This document shows, in pieces, positions 14,536-25,624 of a stretch of DNA of 64,000 nt. The notes under the pieces are model-generated. The model was not told the origin of the DNA. It did not search any database and worked only from the letters and a program-made list of their open reading frames with translations. The position numbers and the translations under genes were made by a program. Origin of the DNA: Octopus vulgaris (lineage: Eukaryota); assembly GCA_951406725.2 (NCBI GenBank), contig OX597839.1, positions 32,054,001 through 32,118,000 on the forward strand, in the 5' to 3' direction. Position 1 is the first letter of the stretch. Every line of letters begins with the position of its first letter.

Positions 14536-15464
14536 AGTTGAGAGGCAGCACTAGGTTCCGATCTGATTTGACAAGGTTTCTATGGCTGGATGCCCTTCCT
14601 AATGCCAACCACTTGGAGAGCGTAGTGGGTGCCTTTTACATGCCACTGACCTGACACTGGAATCAGCCATGACTAAGGTCTTACCTGGCTTGACGGGTCT
14701 ACAGAAGCATGGTATATTGCCAAAGGTCTTGGTCACCTGTCACTGCCTCCATGAGGCCCAATGCTTTAAGGGTACTTTTTACAAGAAACTGGCATGGGTG
14801 CCAGTCAGACGGTACTGACATCAATCATGACAACAATTTCACTTGGTTCAACAGGTCTTCACAAGCATAGCATATCACCCAACAACTGAAGGGTACTTTT
14901 GACGGGGCCAGTTACGCAACACTGGCATTGACCATGACTACGATCTCACTTGGCTTGACAGGTCTTCTCAAGCACGATATATATATATATTTAAAATTTT
15001 TTTTTTATTTATGCACCCTAGCCAGGCTCATGGGTGTTTGTGTGTCCCCCCCCCCCAACTGAACGGGATGCCAGTCCATCACAGCATTACTCAAGAAACA
15101 AGAAGAGAGAGTGAGAGAAAGTTGGGATGAAAGAGTACAACAGATCTGCAATGGTTCTTTGGGGGAACACTTTAGTACATTATGCTATCTATAATTCAAT
15201 AGGTGGCACTAAATGCTGTACATAAGAAATTTTTAATTTATTCAAATTTCCTTAACTCACAGAGAAAATAAGCAAAAGCTTAACAGTATTTGTTAACAAC
15301 TCAAGAATGAGAATATTTAGAAAATGCTTGGCTGAATTGATACACTTGGCAGAAAAGGACGCTTTGATCTTTGTTTAGATGAGGGACAACCATGGACACG
15401 TATTTCAGTTTAAATTTCATTGCATAATCCATCTCACCACCACACAGAACAAACAATTCCATAT

Positions 15465-15681
15465 ACTCTTTTACTCTTTTACTTGTTTCAGTCATTTGAC
15501 TGCAGCCATGCTAGAGCACCGCCTTTAGTCGAGCAAATCGACCCCAGGACTTATTCTTTGTAAGCCCAGTACTTATTCTATCAGTTCTCTTTTGCCGAGC
15601 TGCTAAGTGACAGGGACGTAAACACATCAGCATCGGTTGTCAAGCAATACTAGGGGGACAAATACAGACACACAAACATAT

Positions 15682-15728
<47 letters not shown>

Positions 15729-15893
15729 TACGACGGGCTTCTTTCAGTTTCCGTCTACCAAATCCACTCACAAGGCATTGGTCGGCCCGGGGCTATAGCA
15801 GAAGACACTTGCCCAAGATGCCACGCAGTGGGACTGAACCCGGAACCATGTGGTTGGTTAGCAAGCTACTTACCACACAGCCACTCCTGCGCC
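15465..15893 (-). mobile_element. SINE family A
   Basis: Full-length with expanded internal (TA)n. Confidence 0.85.
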
Positions 15894-16244
15894 TATATAC
15901 AGAAAAAAGGTGATCTGATGCAAGAGAGAGAGCGATGGGCTAATATGGTGTGTGTTTAGATAGATATTTAGACAAATTAATACATAAATAGGTGCAGGTA
16001 TGGCTGTTTGGTTAAGAAGTTCACATGTTGACCACATGATTTCAGGTTCAGTCTCACTGCACAGCATCTGGCTAATGGAAACTATACAAAGCCTGATTTT
16101 TGTGTGTGTAGGGGGGGGTTGAAGTAAACAGTGTTTTTTTAACTACATCTTAAAGGGACTTTCCCTGGACAAAATATCCCTGCCTGAAAGCATTCGAACA
16201 AAACACACGTGATAATCAATAATGTATTCATATATATATATATA

Positions 16245-16640
16245 TATAATCAAAATAAGCAACAAGAATGACTCCGGTAATTTGGTACGATCGTTTCGTA
16301 CTACATCATTTTATTAAACGTTGTAAGTATTACAACAGATTTAAGATGCTGAGTACACAGCAGCCAATTATAGAGGTTTTCCATTAATACAAAAATTTTC
16401 AAATCAAATGGAAAACCTCTATAATTGGCTGATGAGTACTCAGCATCTTAAATCTGTTGTAATACTTACAACTTTTAATAAAATGATGTAGTACGAAACG
16501 ATCGTACCAAATTACCGGAGTCATTCTTGTTGCTTATGTTGATTATAATCACCCCACGGATTTTTATGGATAACACCATACAAAATTCTTGTGCATCTAA
16601 ATTAAGTACCATATTCATTTGAATCTAAATTTTTGCTGAA

Positions 16641-16643
<3 letters not shown>
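16245..16643. mobile_element. Non-autonomous Penelope-like / retrozyme-like element with a 141-bp inverted repeat
   Basis: Arms 16245-16385 and 16407-16547 differ at 4 positions; contains the hammerhead; flanked on both sides by (TA)n. Confidence 0.65.
16422..16514 (+). ncRNA. Type I hammerhead ribozyme with intact core
   Basis: Stem I TAATTGG/CCA(A)ATTA; CTGATGA 16429-16435; stem II GTACT/AGTAC with a structured insert; GAAA 16495-16498; palindromic CGATCG; GUA triplet with predicted cleavage after 16506. Confidence 0.8.
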
Positions 16644-16694
<51 letters not shown>

Positions 16695-17016
16695 CATGAG
16701 TGCACACACGTCTGTCTGTGCAGTATCAGTGTGAATGTTTACATCCTGTGTGCTTTCCATAAAAAGACACTGACCTAGATTTTTCTGTTAAAAAATCGTT
16801 TGCTGGCTCTGTGCGTTAAAAGACAGGTGGAATTGGAGATCCCTGACTTAAAAAAAACAACAGGTAAAGTTTAATAACAGAAAAAGTAACCAGCTGTAAA
16901 ACAATGCCTCAATAATGTATTTTCATCTAAGCCATGCCAGGATTGGAAAAACAGATGTAAAAACAAATAGACATGTGTGTGTGTGTGTGCATATTTATAT
17001 CTCTGGCCAATTTATA

Positions 17017-17420
17017 TACTCTTTTACTTGTTTCAGTCATTTGAGTGCGGCCATGCTGGAGCACCGCCTTTAGTCGAGCAACTCGACCCCGGGACTTATT
17101 CTTTTGTAACCCCAGTACTTATTCTATCGGTCTCTTTTGCCGAACCGTTAAGTGACGGGGACATAAACACACCAGCATCGGTTGTCAAGCAATGCTAGGG
17201 GGACAAACACAGACACACAAACACACACACACATATATACATATATATACATATATACGACAGGCTTTTTTCAGTTTCCGTCTACCAAATCCACTCACAA
17301 GGCTTTGGTCGGCCCGAGGCTATAGTAGAAGACACTTGCCGAAGGTGCCACGCAGTGGGACTGAACCCGGAACCATGTGGTTGGCAAACAAGCTACTTAC
17401 CACACAGCCACTCCTGCGCC
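17017..17420 (-). mobile_element. SINE family A
   Basis: Full-length young copy. Confidence 0.85.
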
Positions 17421-18018
17421 TATATATCAGCAACAAATGTAAACAACAGTGAAATACTGGTGCTATTGAAGCCAAGTTCAAGTTGTGAATGTTCAGTCTC
17501 CTCATCGTAAACCAGTGCTATCATTCTATTGACGTTATTGTATACAAATGGCAATACATAGATTTCTTTTAATTGAAAAAAAAAAAAAAAAAAAGAAGAT
17601 AAAAAGAACTTGAGGAAGAGATGGTGATGATAAATAGATATCATTAAGCAACACTAGATATTTTTCAGTGGGTAAAATGCTAGAATTAAATTCAGTCCAT
17701 TATACCCAGAATTGTACAAGTATAATCTAATGCTCTCTGAAAAGAATTAATTTGTAAAACTTAGCATAATTATGGAGACATATGTAAATTTTTACACTTT
17801 GGACACTTATAAGGTGTTTGATATTTCTCCTCGATCAACCACCATATTATTTTATTAGTGGTCGAGCATCCATCATTGATAAGACCAAGGAAAGTCAAAA
17901 TCACATTATCTAATGGTCTTGGCACTGGGGATGAGGGGGGGGTATCTACCTGTTAGCGATATAAACAAGAGTGCATTTTATACGAAAAGCCAAACCGAGA
18001 GCTTCTCTCATGCTATCT

Positions 18019-18404
18019 GGAAGCACTCTGTCGGTTACGACGACGAGGGTTCCGGTTGATCCGAATCAACGGAACAGCCTGCTCGTGAAATTAACGTGTA
18101 AGTGGCTGAGCACTCCACAGACACATGTACCCTTAACGTAGTTCTCGGGGATATTCAGCGTGACACAGAGAGTGACAAGGCCGGCCCTTTGAAATACAGG
18201 TACAACAGAAACAGGAAGTAAGAGTGAGAGAAAGTTGTGGTGAAAGAGTACAGCAGGGATCACCACCATCCCCAGCCGGAGCCTCGTGGAGCTTTTAGGT
18301 GTTTTCGCTCAATAAACACTCACAACGCCCGGTCTGGGAATCGAAACCGCGATCCTATGACCGCGAGTCCGCTGCCCTAACCACTGGGCCATTGCGCCTC
18401 CACT
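18019..18404 (-). mobile_element. tRNA-derived SINE family B, tail type 2 (young copy)
   Basis: Head GGAGGCGCAATGGCCCAGTGGTTAGG with A/B-box-like motifs; 11-bp TSD TCATGCTATCT. Confidence 0.85.
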
Positions 18405-20515
18405 TCATGCTATCTACTGCAGTATAGTTTGTTCCAACAGAACATTCCTGTTCAAATGGGGATGACTATTACCTTTCAGTCTTAATACTGCCTCTCTCAC
18501 CACTTATATGTATTCTTTAACAAGCTCACTGGCCAATTGCAACACCAGGGCCTCATCTGGCACTGTTTTTCTATATCTCGCTGGCAAGGAAATGAGTCGC
18601 TGTTTTTCCTTTGTTTATCTTAATTTTTAAAAAAATAAAAGCAGTATAAAAAAATGCACTATTTATAGAATGGCCCAAAATATTTATAGGTTAAATTTTA
18701 AATTAAAAATTAAGGTTTAGAAAGGAGATATTAAAATGCAGTATCCAAACCTCATTTTGAGTATGTCTCAGGTAGCATGCCTGCAGAGCACATTCAACCA
18801 CAGCCTCCAGATAACTTTGGATTCTCCTACAACTCTTCTGAACTGTCTCCTTGCCTAAGTTGGTGAATCAAGAGGGTTGCAGTTTGGGGAGTTAAGTGGC
18901 CAGATGTTAGGAGTGATGGCTACCAGGCTTCATCTGCGTTACTTTTTTTATTTCTTATTTTTTATCAACCACTTCCTGACCACAAGTATAAACACCCTTC
19001 CCCCATTTACATTAGATTCTTTGTATTTTTTTTTTTTTTTTTTTTTATCAACCACTTCCTGACCACAATTTCCCTCACTTTACCAACATGTGTGTAAACT
19101 ACTAGCAACACACCACCAACATATAACTTGGAGTGAAAACGAAATGTAAAGCTTGAAGCATGTTACCATCACCTGATGAGGCTCCCTGCACTGTGCACTG
19201 CATCTGATGTCATTACATTGTCCCACACATCCACTAGGGAGCAATGCAGAAGGAAACCAAAACAATAGTTGTGCTAAATAAAGCTTCTAGCTACACTCCA
19301 TCTTCCACATCAATCGTTTAAAATATATACACACACAGGCATATTTATACACATACATATCTCTCTATATATACAGGGTGTGGTGAATAAACTATCTAAA
19401 TGATGGCAAAAATGAAAATAACACTGACATCTCATTTTAATGGATATATTTACCAAAATTACGTAAAAATATCTTGAAACCGTTTAACTATACAACTGTA
19501 TCTATCATTCAAATTAATGTTGCATCTAAATAGTTCCTTTAGTCTCTTTAACACTGATTGACTTTTTAGGCTAGGATATGTATATGTGTGTGAAGGTGGG
19601 TGACTTAGTGGTTCAGATATTCAGCTCACCATCATAAGGTTGTGAGATCGATTCTTGGCAGCATGTTGCATCCTTGAGCAAGACACTTTATTTCACGTTG
19701 CTCCAGTCCACTGAGCTGGCAAAAATGAGCTGTACCTGTATTTCAAAGGATCCAGCCTTGTCACATTCTATGTCAGGCTGAATCTTTCTGGGAACTATGT
19801 CAAGGTTATGCATGTCTATGGAGTCCTCAGTCACTTGCACATTAATTTCATGAGCAGGTTGTTTCATTGGTCAGATCAATAAGAATAGAGCCAGTTAATG
19901 GATGGATGGATACATGTATGTATTTTTATATGATGTCAAAGACCTGAGATCTGTGAAGTTTATGAAGCAATACAACTTTCAGCAGTTTAATATTTTTCTC
20001 TATTATCATATTGGATAGATTATGCACAACATATTTCAATGGAACCTGATATTGCAAAGTTTCATTTGTGAGATGTAATATTATTTAACACAGGAATGGC
20101 TGAGTGGTTGTGAAAACTGTTTTAAAACCATGTAATCCCAGGTTTGATCCTACCATGTGGCAATTTCAGCAAATGGATTCTATCATGGCCACGAGTTGTC
20201 CAATACCTTATGAGTAAAATTTGTTGTGCAGAAGACCATTTCTTGAGTGTGTGTGTGGAGGGGGGGGGGTGCATGCACATGCATACATATGAAAACAGGA
20301 GATTGGAAAAATTTTTGGTATCATTTATTCACCATTGCACATGTTTCATTTGCTAATAGGAATTTCAGAATTGTACATGTAGGAGAAACATGTAATAAAT
20401 CACCTATTAGAAATTCATCAGACACATAATCAAATAATACACAACTGTAGAAGATCTGTTGGTAAATTTCAATACACCCAATCACCTGTTTTGAGATGTG
20501 ACTACTGTGCAGAAA

Positions 20516-20903
20516 GTGGAGGCGCAATGGCCCAGTGGTTAGGGCAGCGGACTCGCGGTCATAGGATCGTGGTTTCGATTCCCAGACCGGGCGTTGTGAG
20601 TGTTTATTGAGCGAAAGCACCTAAAGCTCCACGAGTCTCCGGCAGGGGATGGTGGTGATCCCTGCTGTACTCTTTTACCACAACTTTCTCTCACTTTTAC
20701 TTCCTGTTTCTGTTGTACCTGTATTTCAAAGGGCCGGCCTTGTCACTCTCTGTGTCACGTTGAATATCCCCGAGAACTACGTTAAGGGTATACATGTCTG
20801 TGGAGTGCTCAGCCACTTACACGTTAATTTCACGAGCAGGCTGTTCCGTTGATTCGGATCAACCGGAACCCTCGTCGTCGTAACCGACGGAGTGCTTCCT
20901 CTC
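20516..20903 (+). mobile_element. tRNA-derived SINE family B, tail type 2
   Basis: Near-identical to 18019-18404; 11-bp TSD CTGTGCAGAAA. Confidence 0.85.
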
Positions 20904-20950
20904 CTGTGCAGAAAATATTTTCCAGAATTTTCAACTCTTATGCTTATCTG

Positions 20951-20984
<34 letters not shown>

Positions 20985-21817
20985 GTATATTGGCAAAGAT
21001 ACACACATCTTGGAAAAAATCAGATAAAATGGTGCATTTAGTCAAACAAAAAATATCTTTCAGTTCTGCCTGAAATGTAGGGATGCTCCCTTGTGACTTC
21101 CACAACAAAAATGGTAATGAACCAGTGACTGGTCCATTGCAAACCTGTAAGCAATATTGCTATTGTTCATAAAATGCATGATAAAAAATGAAATCAAAAT
21201 AACCCTATCACCTAAAACCCTTGGCTTATCTCACCCAAATAACCTATGTAATCATTTCTGGTTTAAATTGAATCAGCGTAAGACTTCTTTCCGACCTGAT
21301 ATTGCAATATGAAAATAGAATATGAGCTGCAATAATCTCTACAAGAGTTTTAAAAGACTATAGGCACAAGCTTCTCTTCCTGAAGCAAGCAAAACACACA
21401 CACATTAAAAAAAAAACAATTCTACTTTTTCTGAGAAGCCATAAACATGTAACCCTTAATCTGTTATTTTCAGGGTGCACAGGCTGTGGGATAATAGCTG
21501 AAATTTCATTCTTCCTAAGGTTAGGGCACAAACAGATGGAAAGAAACATGATAGCCTTTTAGTCGCTACAGATCAATTGTAATGTGGGAAGCATCTCTTT
21601 GGTTCAATAGCGGTATGCACCTGCTTGGCACAAGCCTGAAAGAAGGTTATAATGAAGAGTTGGCAAATTTTCCTTTCAACATTCTAAATGTGATTCGGAA
21701 GGAAGAACAGCAATGAATTTAGTATCAGTCTGGCCATGTTTAAGGTTATAGTTACATTATATTTGGCTGTATTGAAATTTGCCAATAGATCTCCTACAAT
21801 TGTGTTTTAATTACTAA

Positions 21818-22200
21818 TCTTTATATATAAAAGTGAAGTTGTGTGTCTGTCTCCTACGATTTAGATTCCTAACTACTCCAACATTTTGCGGTGCAGTTTA
21901 ACCAAAACCGGGTATCTTATAGTCGTGATTCATATCGAGCCCTTCTGGGTATTAGTGTGAGTCTACGATTTAAAAAAAAATTTACCATCATTTTTTTCAA
22001 TTTCAATGCATTTTTTTCGCTATTATATAAGGGAAGTAACTCTCTAAAAATGTCTACGATGGTTCAACGATTTAAAAAAAATTTACCATTTTTTTTCCAT
22101 TTTTAATACATTTTTTGCTATTTTTTGGCTATAACTCTCTAAAAATGCTTATATAGTTATTTCCCTTACAAACCCGAGCAACGCCGGGCGATACTGCTAG
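21818..22200 (+). mobile_element. Non-autonomous Helitron
   Basis: Inserted between A and T; 5' TC; 3' GC-rich hairpin CCCGAGCAACGCCGGG followed by CTAG; no TSD. Confidence 0.8.
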
Positions 22201-23783
22201 TACTTTATATAAAGTTTTTATTTACCTTTCTTCTGTTGTAAAATCTTCTCATTTAAAATTGAAACAAAGATATTAAAGTCTAATGTTGAAAATTTATGCA
22301 CAAAGTGAAGAAATGAAGGAGCAGTTTTCACATGAATAACAAAGTTTGGTGTAGTTATAATCAAAGTTTTCACTTATTTTCTTTATTAAAAGGGCAGAAT
22401 TAGTCAAAACTTTCTGCAATAAATGAATAAACTAATGCAGAAAGAGCCATTTTGTAGGCATATAGCTGGTATTACTTTTCAATATCTAGGAATATCACAC
22501 ACACACAGAGGCAATTTTTGGTATTTCTAATCACTAATTTCCCTAGGGGTTTTTATTGGTCTCCTTGAAGTTGCACCATGACAAAATAAATATCATAATC
22601 CTTAAATCAAGCAAAATACAAATACAAAAATAAGTTATCAAAAAATAATTGACATATGGATAGACGTTACATTAAACTTATGATTAATATAAAATTAATA
22701 ATGGCCCAACCCATTCCACCATGGAACATGGATGTTAAACAATGACGATGACACTTTGTGTTGAAGATGCAGACAAGAAAGGGGGCTTTATGCTGGTCTT
22801 TTTTTTTTTCTTACAAGTGAGAGCATATGAAATAATATTTCCATGTATTCTTTTCTTTTTTCTTTTATTTGTTTCAGACATTTGACTGTGGCCATGCTGG
22901 AGCACTGCCTTTAGTCAAACAAATTGATTCCTGGACTTCTTCTTTGTAAGCCTAGTACTTATTCTATCAGTCTCTTTTGCTGAACCACCAGGTTACGGAG
23001 ACTGGATGAATGTAATTGCACCATCTTTGTCTCCATCAGGGTTGAACTGTCTGTGAAGATTTAGGAACATTCCATCGTTCATATTGGGAACTAACATTAG
23101 CTCAGAAGGTGAGAATGTTCATTCCCTTTCTTTTTTGTTCGTCTTCTTTGCTTGGTTCTTTTTATTGCCCTCTTCTTTTTCTTTTTCTTATTTTTTAAAT
23201 TTTTTCTTCGTTTTTATCTTCTTTAAAACTCAATTTTTCCCATATTCCTCACCATGGCAACCAAACGGTAGCCCCAAGCGACTTTCCACCCTCCTCACAC
23301 CATTGCCCACCACATTCGACCCCCCACCACCCAGTGTAAATTTTTCGCCAATCCAACCCCATCTACCGCCCCTTAAACCGTTCCCATCCCAAAATGAGAC
23401 AAATAACCAAGAAATCAAACAACATTTTCGCATTTCAGCTTTATCGATATTGATGATATTGGTTTGAACAGAGAGACATGGACTCTGCAAGTTCCAGTCA
23501 CAGACAAACTCTCTAGGAGAACTGGAACTCTGAATAAAAACACTGATATGCAGCAAAGCAGATTCTTTAATCCTATTGCAGTCATCATCTCTCATGCCAG
23601 TGGCAGTCCACGATGTAAAACAATTTTTGTTTTTTTCTGTGGGTGTTTGTGCCTGGATGACAAAAAACTGCAACAAGTTATAAGATGCTGAGACCCATCC
23701 AATCAATGCCAGTATGGAAAACAATGCAAAATGATTATACACACACACATATATATATATATTTATTTTTATATATATATATA

Positions 23784-24182
23784 TACTCTTTTACTCTTTT
23801 ACTTGTTTCAGTCATTTGACTGCGGCCATGCTGGAGCACCGCCTTTAGTTGAGCAAATCGACCCCGGTACTTATTCTTTTGTAAGCCCAGTACTTGTTCT
23901 ATCGGTCTCTTTTGCCGAACCGCTAAGTGATGGGGACGTAAACACACCAGCATCGGTTGTCAAGCAATGCTAGGGGGACAAACACAGACACACAAACACA
24001 CACACGCATACATATATATATATACGACAGGCTTCTTTCAGTTTCCGTCTACCAAATCCACTCACAAGGCTTTGGTCGGCCCGAGGCTATAGCAGAAGAC
24101 ACTTGCCGAAGGTGCCACGCAGTGGGACTGAACCCGGAACCATGTGGTTGGTTAGCAAGCTACTTACCACACAGCCACTCCT
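23784..24182 (-). mobile_element. SINE family A
   Basis: Near full-length young copy within (TA)n. Confidence 0.85.
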
Positions 24183-24865
24183 ATATATATATATAAACCA
24201 ATGATTATATAAATAGTTTTATTATAATAGATATTTAGTATGAAGAATATTTCAACTAGTAGCTTAGATTAAAATTCAGAACCAAAATAACCTCATTTAC
24301 ATTAAAAGAAATTTGAAAACAGAGAACTTCTTCTCGCCTATCAACTTATTGCTTTCTAAAAAAGCTCCATGTTAAAGTCAGTCATCTAAACCTGAATAAC
24401 TGACTAAGGATATTATTTTACAGAACACCCTCGACTACACCTTTGCTGGCAATTGATCTTCCAGTCTGTAACTGGCAATCGATGCCTTATCAATTAAGTT
24501 ACACTGCTATTGCTGTGCTTGAATTATCATAGTTCAGTCATACAACTACACTGTCGCTGACACATTTATTATTATAACCCAATATATTTTTAACTCTACA
24601 AATTCTTTATAGAAAAGCATATTAAAAGCCAATATATAACAGTTTACCGAGGTGATAACAGGAGAAATAGGAACAACAAGGGTCTCTAAAAATAGGCAGT
24701 CATAAATTAACTTAGTTTTCATTAGTAACACTTTTTGGTATTGTAGCAGCCAGTGGAATTGAAATAGACAGACAGTAGAATGCCAAGCTAACTACTTTAC
24801 TATAAATATATAGTTTTGTTCCTTTAATTTCAAGTTCAAATCTTGCCTTCTCTAAATTGTGTAGT

Positions 24866-24868
<3 letters not shown>

Positions 24869-24901
<33 letters not shown>

Positions 24902-24916
24902 TATATAAATATATAA

Positions 24917-25004
<88 letters not shown>
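24869..25004. repeat. (TA)n(CA)n microsatellite
   Basis: Direct inspection. Confidence 0.95.
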
Positions 25005-25574
25005 TAGTATATTCTTTCAGCTATACCATTTCCAAAGATTGGCCTTGTGCCAAGTGAAAAGAAATCAATATTACTGTTATCAAAAACAAATATGTAATTT
25101 TCTAAAAACCATAAAATTTACAATTTCAAAATATGATGAATAGATGTTTATACACTTTTTTATTTCTTTAAAGATTTGAGGGGAGGGGGGAATGAACCTT
25201 CAGAAAAATTCTAAATGGATTTTTTTTTTTTCCATTTAAAAAGTGAAACATTGCATAAAATACAAACCCATCATTGTATCAATATAAAATTAAATTCACC
25301 ATTGCTTTACTGCATCTAGCCTACTCATTTGTAAATCAAATGAAATACTAGCTATTAAGGGCTTTAATCTAATAAACATATCTTTCGGTAACTATTTCGT
25401 TTTTCCTACCATATAAGGTAACTTTGTTTACTTTTTTACAGTGTAACCAATAACATTTGTTTCTTTTCCTCTAATCTTATTTTTCAATGTTCACAAGTAA
25501 TTTCTCAACGTGGATGAATTGGAAGCCTCACAATATAAATAGCTGTAGCTTGCAGGCAGAGTTTAGAAAGAAAC

Positions 25575-25624
<50 letters not shown>

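Noticed and set aside
20516-20595. tRNA gene
   Set aside because: The tRNA-like head continues into a SINE body with a TSD; no complete cloverleaf.
13266-24196. Recurrent short ORFs such as YDRLLSVSVYQIHSQG
   Set aside because: Translations of SINE family A copies.
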